Assembly: GCA_047495785.1 (NCBI GenBank)
Contig: JBLDXI010000014.1
Coordinates: 186,001-250,000, forward strand
Reading direction: 5' to 3'
Origin: Lepidodermella squamata
Taxonomy: Eukaryota; Animalia; Gastrotricha
DNA: 64,000 nt
A model generated the notes under the pieces. That model saw only the letters and a program-made list of their open reading frames with translations, did no database searches and was not told the origin of the DNA. The position numbers and the translations under genes are program-made. Shown here in pieces: positions 36,949 through 48,544 of this stretch. Numbering within the stretch: position 1 is the first letter of the stretch; each line of letters opens with the position of its first letter.

Positions 36949-39849
36949 ATGATGTCCTTACATTATGCCGACTACATCGTATTCGGCATCCTGTTACTCG
37001 TTTCAGCCGGCGTTGGGCCGTTCTACATGTGGCGAGATCGTAACAAAGTCACAACACCTGAGGAGTACTTGGTAGCTAGCAGAAAACTTCACATTCTTCC
37101 AACGGCCGCCAGTTTATTCGCCTCCTTCTGGTCGGCTATTGCTTTGGTCGGGATCCCGGCCGAGCTGTACACAGGTGGTGCGAAATTCTTCATGTCCAGG
37201 TTAGCATTCTCGTGATCTTGGAAATTCATTAGTAAAATAATTTGTTTCTTAGTATCGGACAAGCCATCGGCATAGCGATCGCTGCTTTTGTTGCCGTGCC
37301 AGTTGTCTACAACATGAGACTGATTTCGTCCTACGAGTACTTTGAACTCCGCTTCAAATCGCGACTACTTCGCAAAATTGGTACCATTTCGAACATTTTT
37401 GCGACGGCTTTCTATTTAGCTGTGGTCACATTTGCACCTTGCATCGCTCTCGAAGCGGTTTCGCCCATTCCTCTGTGGGTCAGTGTTATCGCAACAGCCA
37501 CAATCACAATGATATGTACGGGTCAATTTCTGGAATTAATTTATTAAAATAATTGAACTAATTTATAGACACTGTCTTGGGTGGCATCAAGGCTGTTGTC
37601 CTCGTCGATCTGATTCAAGCCGCTGTTATGTTCGGCGGAGTTATCGTTGCAATCGTCATTGGTTACATTAAAATCGACGGTGGCTTCACGCGAGCCATGG
37701 AGATTGCCAAGGAGGGCGGGCGGCTCGATTTTTTCGACTTCAACCCAGACCCGACGAACACCTACAACTTTTGGATCATGGTCATCCCTCCAATCCTGGC
37801 CACGTAATAAAAGCTAATTTTAATATGAAATTCCGAATTTACGAGTAAAATTGTCAGTTCTGGTCTTTATGCGACAAGCCAAGCTGCTGTGCAGAGATTC
37901 AGCGCCCTTCCTACTGTCAACCAGGCCATGTGGTAAGGAAGCGTGGTTTTTACTAAAATCAAGGGTCAACTCTCTTTTTATTAGGTCTGTCATGTCACTA
38001 GCTCCCCAGATCATTTTTCTAAAAATCTTACTCTTCCTCTTGGCACTTGTCATGTAAGTTACTTCGGGTAATTACCTTTCATCAAAATATTGTTTTATTA
38101 CCTCTGATAAGGTATGCTCACTATGACGCTCAAGGTTTTAAAATTGAAAATTACCGCTTGCTTTGAAGCTTTGAAATGTTTAAAACTCTGTCTAAATATC
38201 GATTCCTACATCAGGTTGTGATCCTTTACGAGGTGGTATCATCAAAAGTCCGAACCAGCTTACAACGTTCTACATTGCCGATGTCCTACATTACCCCGGC
38301 CTTCTTGGTCTGTGGTTTTCAGCGCTATTTTCTGGTTCCCTATCGAGCATGTCAACCGGCTACAACTCACTGGCGGCGTGCATCTGGGAAGATTTGCTGA
38401 AAGAACACTATCAGCACCGGCTGAGCGCGAAATGGCAGGGGCACATTCTGAAAATCATCTCACTGCTTCTCGGCGTCGTCACTTGCCTGCTGGCTATCTG
38501 CTTCAAATTCCTGACCGGAAGTGTCATCAAGCTCAGCAACTCGACAGTATCTATATTCGGAGCTGCTATTTACATCGCGTTTTTCTGCGGGGTAAAAGTT
38601 GAATCCTAATTGAAAATCAAATGAACAAAAATTATAATTACAGGCTCTGTTTCCTTTTATCAACACCCTGGGAACAATCATCGGAATGATTTTCGCAACT
38701 CTTCTCATTCTCTTCGTCAGTGGTGGCCAGTTGTTCTTCAAGCTCGGAAATGAGCAAGTCTGGTAATAATTGAAACTGTTGATCTCCAGAAGATTATTCA
38801 TTGCGTAATCGATATCATAGGCTACCGACAAAAACGGCAAACTGCACGACGTTCATGGCGAACTTGATTGCTTCGGGCAAGTTCAAACCGCCAACTTCAG
38901 CTGCTGTCGCTGTCTCGAACAACACTGCCAATATGACGAAAGCTATAACAACAAGCTTGATGCTGTTAACAGCGTCACCGGCATTACAAATCACCCAAAT
39001 GCAATCGGGCAATAGCACGGCGTTGGAAATGCCATCAGGTTCAGTATACGGGCCTGAAGATCAGTTTCTGGTTATGGGGGAAACCGTGGTGTCATCCGGG
39101 GAAGGCGAAGTGCCCGTTCATTACCTCAACGTCGATGAAACAACGCCGAATCCGGCTATGGAAACTACGACCAACGGCGAGATGATGGCGAAAAATGAAA
39201 CGTAAGCAATTTGCCCTTGGTTTGGTTACAATCAATGCGATCATTTTACTTATTTTTCTAGTCAAACAGAGCCGTGGGAGATGCTGCCTGCGCCGCTGCT
39301 TTACTTGTTCTCGATTTCTTACTTCATTTTCCCGTTTTTATCCCTGTTAGCTGGCGTCGTCATCGCATTGTTGATCAGCTTGTGCACTGGTTAGTTTGAC
39401 CTTGTAGTCTTCCTATATTCTTTCTACATCATTGATGAATAGGCGGGTTGACGAAAGCAAGAACTGTTGATCCTAAATACATGATAGTTCGAAATTGCTT
39501 CTATCGACCTGATGAAGCGGAACGTGAGGCTCAAACTCGTGAGGCTCAAAGTTGGTACTACGACAAAAAAGACGCGAAAGCAGCGTCTGACGACAAATTA
39601 GCAAAGTCACCCAGGCCATCGCACGAAAAACTCTCTGGACCGGTCTATCTTGCTGGCGGAGCTGGACTTGATGATGCCCAGGCCCTAGCAATGCCGCAAC
39701 TACCCCTTCCAACGCATTTCAACGATGAAGAAGACGATGAAAACTACGCGAACATTGGCACAAATCGCAACCGAGCAGCTATGGACAACCCTCTTTATTC
39801 CAAGCTGGGCGCCGCCAATGTTGAAATGAAGCCGTTCGTGAAACACTGA
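36949..39849 (+). CDS. SLC5 sodium:solute symporter, copy 5; 10 introns
   Basis: LHYADYIVF, EEYLVASRKL, FASFWSAIALVGIPAELYTGG, YEYFELRF, GGIKAVV, GCDPLRGG, YPGLLGLWFSALFSGSLSSMSTGYNS. Confidence 0.92.
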
Positions 39850-41399
39850 TGAACTGAAAGCAGCGCATATTAGTCGGACTAAAAATCGGAATATTCTACT
39901 TACAGAGTCTAAATTTATTTCCTTGATTGCCTAGTTTTAATATCCGGCCCTAATACCTAATGTCTGAGCAGGAAAAGCTAATAAAAAAATCGGAAAAAAT
40001 CGATGATTGTTATGAATTCTTTAAAAATTATTTTTTTTGCCTCCGTCCTAAGAGTTAAACCGATGAAGGCTTGCGAGTGATATAATAGCTCCGGGCAAAA
40101 TAATATAATATTTGCTGTGATGTTTATTCTGTGTTCTCGAAACGCGCAGCATTATTAATTTTGACGCAGCAACTGCAGTGCAGCAAATATCGGCGGGCAA
40201 TCAATATCGATGCGCACGAGGCGTTTTGTTGCTGTGTTGTCGAGGCGCCTGATGATGCTCGGCTCTCGATCGGCACAAGTGATCCATCGTCGCACGCCTC
40301 GTCGCCACAGCCTATAATAATTCTGCTCGCGCATGCCCCATTGTTGTTTGCAAGCGTGAGTCCGCCTGCTGTTGAGATTCCGCGAGCGGCGTTTATTATT
40401 ATTTTATTTTTCGATACTATTATTTCTAGGCTAATAATATAATATTATCGACTGTCGTATGCAATCTCGTTTTCGCCCAGTTAATGCATTTTTATAGCTC
40501 CGCCAAGGGTTCAGCTCAGATTATGCGCGCCTTATTATATAGTTTACTCGAGATAAAAATAAGCAAATTGTTTCATATTTCCGCAAGCAGGTGGTGGTAT
40601 GCAGCCAATCCCCGCCCAAAAATCCTGGCTGATAAATTTTTCATTAGCTCTGCATCAGCTGGAATAACAATAATTCTTCGTTTATTTCTGCGGGAGATGC
40701 GTGACCAATTTTTTCGAAGCAAAACCCCTACTGCTGCTGGTCGATGCACGTCTCCGCATATAGAGACAATTTGCTCAGTCGTCGTCGTTGTCGTCGCCGT
40801 CTTGCCTCATCGAGCTGGTGTTTACCGTGAATATTTTATTAGAGCAAACAAGTTGGGCTAGTATGAATATTAATGCACCACTCATTTTATCGCCCGTAGC
40901 ACACAGCACAGGTAATTCTTTTGCGATTTTTTTTCTTCCCACACTGCGTTTTTCGAGTTTTTCTTATATATACCTTAGCTCTTTACTACACTAGAGAAGC
41001 CTTTGTTTTGGCGAAAAATAACTCCTGATTTCCGGCTTTTATCTTTTAACAGCGTCACATGCTCGGTCGAACGCGGAAGTTGACGAGGCAGTATAGCAGC
41101 AATAAAATTTTATCGAATCGTGTTTTAAAATCATCGCTCAAAACGCCGCCGCTGCAGTCGATGATGATAATGGCAAGGGACGCGCGCGCCGCCAGTTCTG
41201 CGTCGACTAAGCATAAACACAACTTCCCTTGGGGAGCTGTTTCCGCTATGCCTTCCCATTCGCTAGCCCATGACCATAATCTTTCAGCATATAGCAGCAA
41301 AAAATCACAAACCACACACGATTTTTTATTCGTAATTTTTCAAATTATTATTATAGGACTTTTTTATTTTTCTTTGACGAAAGACAAAACCGGCAAATA

Positions 41400-41747
41400 A
41401 TGTGTAAGCAACTTTTCGTCTGTTAAGCTGTTTTAGTTGACTCTTTGCTATTTTCTAGCTGGACACGGCCACTCTCATGATCACGGAGCTCACGGTCACT
41501 CGCATGACCACGGGGGCCATGGACACAGCCACGAAGGCCACGGTCACGCCCACGAAGCCCCGTGCAAGGATGCGGTAATAAAAGCAGCCTTCATTTTTAA
41601 AGGAATTTTAAAAGTTCATGTCTTTTCTAACAGGGACACGGTGCTGACGGCCATCACCACCACCACGATCACCCCGAGGGAGCGTCTCACACCCCGGCTT
41701 GCGAAACCAAATGCGCGACTGATCACTGCGGTGACACCTGCAAATAA
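41400..41747 (+). CDS. 77-aa His/Cys-rich putative metal-binding peptide (3 coding exons)
   Basis: Exons 41400-41403, 41459-41574, 41634-41747 (GT-AG introns of 55 and 59 nt) give MSGHGHSHDHGAHGHSHDHGGHGHSHEGHGHAHEAPCKDAGHGADGHHHHHDHPEGASHTPACETKCATDHCGDTCK (23 His, 5 Cys). Confidence 0.8.
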
Positions 41748-42121
41748 AAGCAGTCAAGCCGCACTGGAAATGAGCCCGATGACTTGAAAAATCGCGGCTC
41801 GAACTTGAATTTTATCCGTGTCATCTCTTCGATACCTGTTTTTAAGCCTAACCTAGCTGACTTATTCAACACATCTTAAAACTGCCCGCTTAAGAAGCTG
41901 ATTCGCTATCCAGCAAAGATAGTTATAATGTTTCTCTTCTGCGAAATTCCACATTGAAAATATTCCGCTCTCTGCATAAATCAGTGTTTATGTAGTAGAT
42001 TCGATGAATAAAATTGTCGTGATAAAACTCATTTTTACCTGACTCTTTTGCTTTTATTGCACATTACCGCAGTTGTTGTCATCAAATTATTTCCCCGTAG
42101 TAAAAATTGGTTGCCTAATAA

Positions 42122-42882
42122 TTATTGCTGCTGATAGTACCGAGATAGAAAGAAAGTTTGTGGCGACAAGTTACTACTATAAAAGAACAGAAACAACAGC
42201 AGTAGCACAAATGTTAGATTCACGCCCAAAAAGGCACTTTGTGTCCATCGAAATCTTGAACCGGGCGCTGAATTGCAGAGATCACCTGAGATTGAGGAAG
42301 AGAAATAAGTGTCAGATATCAAATAAGGGATGTCAATAATAACTTACGTCCATTGCAGCAGTAGATGAACAGCTCGCCTTGCGGATTTCTGATATAGCCA
42401 TCGTTGCATGTTTCCGTGCAGAATCGAATAATTTCACCAACGATGGCGTTGACTAATACAACTTTCTGAAAAAATAGACATGCCCAGGTTAGAGATGAAT
42501 CATTTTATATCACTCAGAGAAAATTATTAAGATGGAATTAATCGCAGTTCATAGAGGGTAGAATTAGGGTAGAATTAGGGTAACGATGGGCATCAACACC
42601 CCAAATTTAGGTATTCGGAAATGAAAGATTTCAAGCCTTTGAATGAACTTACGGCGCACTTTTTCAGTTTATCATCGCAGTTAGTTGCTTCACCATAGAC
42701 ACCTTCGCATCCTGGAGGGATACAGCTGCCGTTGTAGCACCTGATAGCCTCTAGCAAAAAAACAGGTAAACATTAGAACAGGAGAAGCTTCGTGACATTC
42801 CACTCAACGAACCCACAGAGTTGATCGAGATGGATGAAAAACTGCCAGCAAATAAGAGCACAGGTACCAAAGCGAGCACCAT
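42122..42882 (-). CDS. Ly6/uPAR (three-finger) protein, probably GPI-anchored, 4 exons
   Basis: Spliced product MVLALVPVLLFAGSFSSISINSVEAIRCYNGSCIPPGC...NC...KKCA|KVVL...RFCTETC...YCCNGRDLCNSA plus a hydrophobic tail. Confidence 0.85.
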
Positions 42883-43396
42883 TTAACTTGTAATTAATTA
42901 TCTAGAAATTAAATTAATCAGGCCTGAGAAGGGGTGTCTCATTCAGACGTACGATATTATCTGGTAAGTGATAGATAAATATTGAAGTATTATCGCATTG
43001 GCAATTAATTCAACCAACTGCGATTACCGAATTTCGCGCGCTTTGCGCATCGCGAGTAATTAAAATGACACGGCACGGACGTGTTTATCATAGTACGCCA
43101 ACTTCAATGACCGTTATAATAACCTGAATTGAAAGCAAGTCACGCTCGCCTTGCGATATACCTGGGCGCGATGCCATTAATTAAGAGAAAAATAGTAGTT
43201 ATTATTACTGTCTCATCTCACACGAAGGTATTACACACTCAATGTCACCATAACAGCCGCTCCTTTGATGAAATGTCGGCGTAAATAAAAAGTCACCGTG
43301 AAAGATATAAAAAAAATAGAATAATAACGGGAAAATAATGAATCAATGACGCCTCGAGACAGAAGACATAGCTGAGCGAAAAAATTATCTTTTAAA

Positions 43397-43936
43397 ATGA
43401 AATTTTACGCATTGGTTGTTGCTTGTGCTCTTTGTTTAGCAGGTAAAAATTGACTCTTTGACCAGTTTCTTCATAATATGCTGCTCAAATTTTAGAAGTT
43501 GAGGCTAGAAGTTGCTGGCAATGCGATTATGCGTCAACTAACCAGTGCCGGTATCCAATGAGCGCCTTCTTTTTCCCGACAGCTTGCAACTCGTGGGAGC
43601 CTTACTGTTATGTAAAAATTGCTCGAAAATACTTTCACTTCCGTATTTCATTGAACTTTCTATTTTCTAGCAAGCTACGCGATCATCGGACGGGGCGATT
43701 ATGCGAAGATGTGCGGCGTGGTGTCTAAATGGCCTCGGAACCGATAGCTATGGCTCGGCAGCCACTTTTTTCTGCTGCGATACAGGTATAAAGCATACTC
43801 TACATAATATTATAGAAATAGCCTCTGTTTTTTTCCAGATAATTGCAACGCTGCGACTTCGACATTCGCCAATTCGAAGTTCGCGTATTTATTAACTGTT
43901 TCTATGACCTACACCGCAAAATTTGTCCTTCATTAG
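43397..43936 (+). CDS. Ly6/uPAR (three-finger) protein, probably GPI-anchored, 4 exons
   Basis: MKFYALVVACALCLAEVEARSCWQC...QC...AC...YCY|...RRCAAWC...FCCDTDNCNAA plus a moderately hydrophobic tail. Intron phases 1,0,1 are the same as in the partner gene. Confidence 0.87.
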
Positions 43937-44553
43937 AAGAACACAGCGCCATAATGGCGCCTAAGAATAATAATGGTATCCTAGGGTTAAAAAATGAGCA
44001 GAAATATCTGAATAAATTTTTATATTAATTAGCATGGTTATTACGAGGGTAAAAATACCTCAACATTTGTTGAATGAACAAATGATTAAGCTGGTGACCT
44101 TTTGCTGTTATTAGCAATCCGCTTTGCCCAACCAATGTGATATGTTTATTATATATGTGCGTAGGCTCCAAATCACGGCCACGTAAGCGTAACAGGTGCG
44201 CACACTATTTTGTGAATGTTTTTTATTACACTATTCAGGTGGGCTGGGTGAGACCATTGTTACTTGATGTTTCTGGTTACACGGCGTTTTCCCACACTTT
44301 TACTATTACACAAGAGCTTGCAGTGTCTCATGAACATTTATCGTGAAACTGAATGAAACAACGCAGAGTTGGAAAAGTCACAAACGAAATCATACGATTC
44401 TAAAAAACAGCTTCCACGAATTTTCTGGAACAAACCTGAAAATGAGACAATTTAGTGCAGAATTGATGCGACGGAAGCGTCTTTTTTGGCTGCTATAAAA
44501 CCGGTTCCTAACTAACATTGCTGTGATATATGATACATCACCAGATTATTTGA

Positions 44554-44868
44554 TTAATTAATTCGAAGGTACTGGTCGTTGTCTGTTTTTGATACAGAAC
44601 TGAATTTTGAAGAGCAGCGGCGTGAATTTTTTATCCACCTCGCGCTGACGCTGCTGAGTTGGAGAGCGCACGGTAAATGAACGCGGATCGCACCGGCGCT
44701 TTTGGCGCTGTGCAGTTGCAGTGAGTGGATGTTGTGATCGCAGCTAGAGCGCTGATAACGCAAATTGTTGAGTTCTGTGCTTCTTGCACCTGCGTAATTG
44801 CTGCTAATTGGTGATAAAACGATATTACCATAAAAGACCAGCATCACTGCTACCAGAACTTTCATCAT
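44554..44868 (-). CDS. Candidate small secreted protein or peptide precursor
   Basis: Removing a 39-nt in-frame GT-AG segment gives a signal-like MMKVLVAVMLVFYGARS, then TELNNLRYQR-SSC...C. Upstream there is a spliced non-coding exon pattern. No homology recognised. Confidence 0.35.
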   Translation of the reverse strand: MMKVLVAVMLVFYGNIVLSPISSNYAGARSTELNNLRYQRSSCDHNIHSLQLHSAKSAGAIRVHLPCALQLSSVSARWIKNSRRCSSKFSSVSKTDNDQYLRIN

Positions 44869-45498
44869 TAGAATCCCGGCTCTGATATCGCCTCATCAGC
44901 GCCTAGAAGAAATTTTTATTGCACAACAAGCCCTTAAACACAATAAAACTTATCTTCATTATTTACTTCATAGCTACAGCCCTCGATTGTTTGTTGCTTC
45001 GTACCCGCAAAAAACCCCCACGACTACTAACCTGTCAACGCTCCAGCGAATTCGCTCCTTTGTTTACGCCGTTCGCAATGAATCAGTCATCGCAGAACCT
45101 AAAATGAAACAATTAGAGCCAATTTTGTGGTAAGTAAACATGCCTGATCGGATATCGTTTATCGCCGATGAGGGATACCTAGTTTTTTGCGGGAAAACGT
45201 TCCCGTTATCCCGCCCTGTAGCTAGCAAACAAATGCAGCTGGAAACGACGCGCTTGGTGAGATTAATTAGCTCATCACAGCATACCCGGATTTGCATATC
45301 ATCTTTTGTCTCCATCACCGCATCCTTCACTGATTATTATTGTCTTGTGCGTTTATCTTATAGGTGTCTTAGAGCTTGCTAAAAAGTGTTGCTCATCCCG
45401 GCGATTTTTTTGTGGCATCGTCTCACATGTAAAAAAATTCCCCGGATTGAACGGCCAGAAAAGTAGCACTTAATTATTGAATCAAATTTCACGTTTTG

Positions 45499-47058
45499 AT
45501 GGCCTCGTCGAGCTACACCAACCGGCGGCGATTAGTGGTAGCCGCCGTTGTAGTCGCCGCCGCCGCTCTCCTTCCCACCTCCCTTGCAAATGACAGCAAC
45601 ATGTTTTTCAACCAGTTCATGAACGAAGTTGTCGACAAGTCGTGGCGCGGCAACAGTCAGAATGCAGCGTTTGCGCCCAATGGCCGGCAGACGGGCGAGC
45701 GCGTCTGGGTACCACCGGCTTCATCTTCGCGCAACGAAGAAAAACCGGGCACTCCGCCTCCGCCGCCTGGTAATCGGCTGGAGGTGCACCATTTGTTGCT
45801 CGGCAGCCCGAATGAACAGAAGCACGGGCAGAAGGTGCCGGGTATGCAGCGGAAAAACAAAACAGCTCACCATGAGCATCGTCAACCGGTGATGACTACG
45901 CCTCGACCGACGACCCTGGCTGCGGCGCCGCTCGAGTTGGAGATGTTCAGTCCGAAGCCGAGCCGGCCGCCATCTCGTGTTCGCACGCCCAAGGTGGAGC
46001 TGATGAAGGCTACTAATATGAAACGAGCAGCAACGGTGCCCAAGCCTGAAAGCGCGCCGGTAGAAGGTTCGGGCAGTTTGCCGAGTCTTGCCGCCGGAGA
46101 CGCTGGCTCAGGCCAGAGCTCTGGGGATGGCAACGCCTTGCCGATCCGCGGCCTGGATGGAGGTGATGACCCTGAACCCGAAGTGAAAATAGAACAACCG
46201 ACCGAGGCGCCCGCCAAACCGGACGTCCATCAAACTGTCACAGGCACGGGAGATGATAAACCGATCACGCCTGATGGAACTAAAGTCGGACCAGAATCGG
46301 TTGCTCCAGCAACTCCTCAGCCAAAACCCCAAGGCAGCACATGGTTTGCCTTTTATACTATATTTTTGCTATTCATCTATTTGCCGTGAATTTATAGGCT
46401 TGCTCCTCCTCGACCTGACGTTGATGCCTTCGGAGATTTGATGCGGTGTAGCAAGAGGCCAGATCCAGTCTGCTGTCGTGGTCGCGATGATTCCGAGTCA
46501 TGTAGTGTCAAGTGAGTTTAATAGTTTTACCCTTTCGCCGAGCAATCATGGCACATCCATTTCACCGCAGAAATAAGTCTCGTGTGCTTGAATTCATTCA
46601 TACGCTGCTAAATTTTAAATTTTTTTGGAGATCAACCAAATTCAAATAGATAAAATTTCCGGACGCGCGGCCCCTATCGGGAGCACCTATTTGAAGTCTC
46701 GATCATAATTTTGCTTTCTGCATTTATTAGAGCTGACCTTCCGAACAATCAAACTGGAATTTGTTACTGCGACGAGCATTGTTTGACAGTTAGCGAAGAT
46801 TTCCCCATTTCCGACTGCTGTCCCGACTTTTTGGACTTCTGCGGCGAGAAACTGGGCATCAATCAATCGTTGCTGGTGCAAAGCGTGAAAGCGCAACAAA
46901 TTCTGCCTGAGCAAGCGCCGACGATCCGCACGAAAGCGCGGAGTGGCCGCAAGTTGCGCAAGCACAAAAAGGTGCAACACCGCCACGGCAAGACCAAGGA
47001 GAAGCATTCACGCCTGCAAAAGGTAATGCGGGCCTTTGTGATAGATCCGAGCGACTGA
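45499..47058 (+). CDS. Secreted Pro-rich protein with a TINAGL1/TINAG-type somatomedin-B-like domain and a basic tail
   Basis: Signal peptide LVVAAVVVAAAALLPTSLA. Spliced exons give CSKRPDPVCCRGRDDSESCSVK...GICYCDEHC...SDCCPDFLDFCG, then RSGRKLRKHKKVQHRHGK. The 3' end is uncertain (possible donor near 47023). Confidence 0.75.
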
Positions 47059-47566
47059 ACAAGCGTGTATCAACTCTGTCTGCATTGCGAAACCAGTGCG
47101 AAATAATCATTTATTTTGAAATATACATGTATATTAGCTAGGACTAGTTAATTAGGATAAATTGAAGCTTACTAACCTGCGGATAAATTGAACGGACCTC
47201 TCTAGCTGCATTCTGAAATCATTTGTATATTATCGACCAAGGGCTTACTTCTGACTTTTTAAAACAAAATTACTAGCGGTGTTTTGTTGTGAATAAAAGT
47301 TGCCCGCAAAACAAGTTTTGAACGGTAATAAAACGGTTGAAGATGAGAACAACACCGCGTTTTATTTCATCATATCTTCCCATCAGCGATAATTATATTA
47401 GATTAGAATTCAACCGGATTAAAACAACAACCTATACCGAGCTATACACGTGTTTAAAAATAGCCCAACGTTGTGGAAACAGAAACGAAACAGCCACATC
47501 AGATTGTAACGACGAATCATCAAATCAGTTGTTTTTTCAAATTTTTGAGCTACTTGTTGAGAACAT

Positions 47567-48315
47567 TCACATAAATTCTATCGTATGCAAAAGTGTCCGG
47601 TTAGACTGAGCTTCGAATTTCTGAATGATCCCCTCGATTTCATCGTCGATATCCGAACTTTCGCGAAGCTAAGCAATAATAGACATTGAAACAAGGAAAT
47701 CATTTGGTAAAAATAGATCTTACCAGGGTGCATAAATCGCAAATTAGGAAAGCGCCGAGTGTCGCGTCGTTTGGGTTATCTTCAATGTCAATATTTATGA
47801 TATGAACTGCCTCGTTGTGGATTTTTTGTCGGTTCTGCACGTCCTCGACAACCAGGTCGTAAATCCGCTCTTCGCAAGTGATGATCACGTCGAATCGGTC
47901 GTGGCAAAGCTGAAATTTCTCCGGCCGCGGTTTTATCCTTTTATTTCTTTCCAGCATGTGAAGAATTCCGTTTTGAGTATAGCTTTAATTACAAAACATC
48001 GTTTTATCGTTATTAGGAGTTTTGAATACACCAACTAGTCTTTGTCCTTTGAGCTTAGATCCCGATACATCTCTTCGTAGGTAGTGTCAAAATCGTAGAT
48101 GTTCGGCTTATCAGCTGCTGTTCCAGGCAATTTCACGCAACTACCAGCGCCAAAAGATCGAACGCTGAACCCACGTTTACTGTATCAAATGCAGACGACA
48201 ACGTATAGAAGGTATTGAGACTTAGGTCCCAAATTTACCTCAAAAAGTTATGAGCCTCCATGGATCGATTTTGGTTCGAAGAACAGACAATAGCTATTTT
48301 CAAATCAGTGGGCAT
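47567..48315 (-). CDS. SSU72: RNA polymerase II CTD phosphatase Ssu72 (4 exons)
   Basis: MPTDLKIAIVCSSNQNRSMEAH (CX5R motif), VRSFGAGSCVKLPG, PNIYDF, YTQNGILHMLERNKRIKPRPEKFQ, FDVIITCEERIYD, HIINIDIEDN; ends LLHTIEFM*. Confidence 0.96.
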
Positions 48316-48524
48316 TTTTGCGCTCAGTGATCAAGATATTTAATAACCTAGTTGGAAGAATGAAAAATACCATATAAAAGTTCTACAAATATAAGCCTCT
48401 TAAATCTTGAAGTAGTCAGTTCCACTCGTGCGTATTCTATAAAAGATACCTTTTCCCACTTCAGCAATTTGTTCCTGAACCAACAAAAAAAGAACATTAA
48501 AAAATTCAGTAACCGTGAATGTAC

Positions 48525-48544
48525 CTCTCTCTCTCTCTCTCTCT
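48525..48544. repeat. (CT)10 microsatellite upstream of SSU72
   Basis: Read directly. Confidence 0.9.

Noticed and set aside
42555-42582. ttagggtagaa tandem repeat containing TTAGGG in a Ly6 intron
   Set aside because: Only about 2.5 copies of an 11-mer; not a telomeric array.
48395-48440. Weak tRNA-3'-half-like sequence upstream of SSU72
   Set aside because: The B box is degenerate and there is no acceptor stem.
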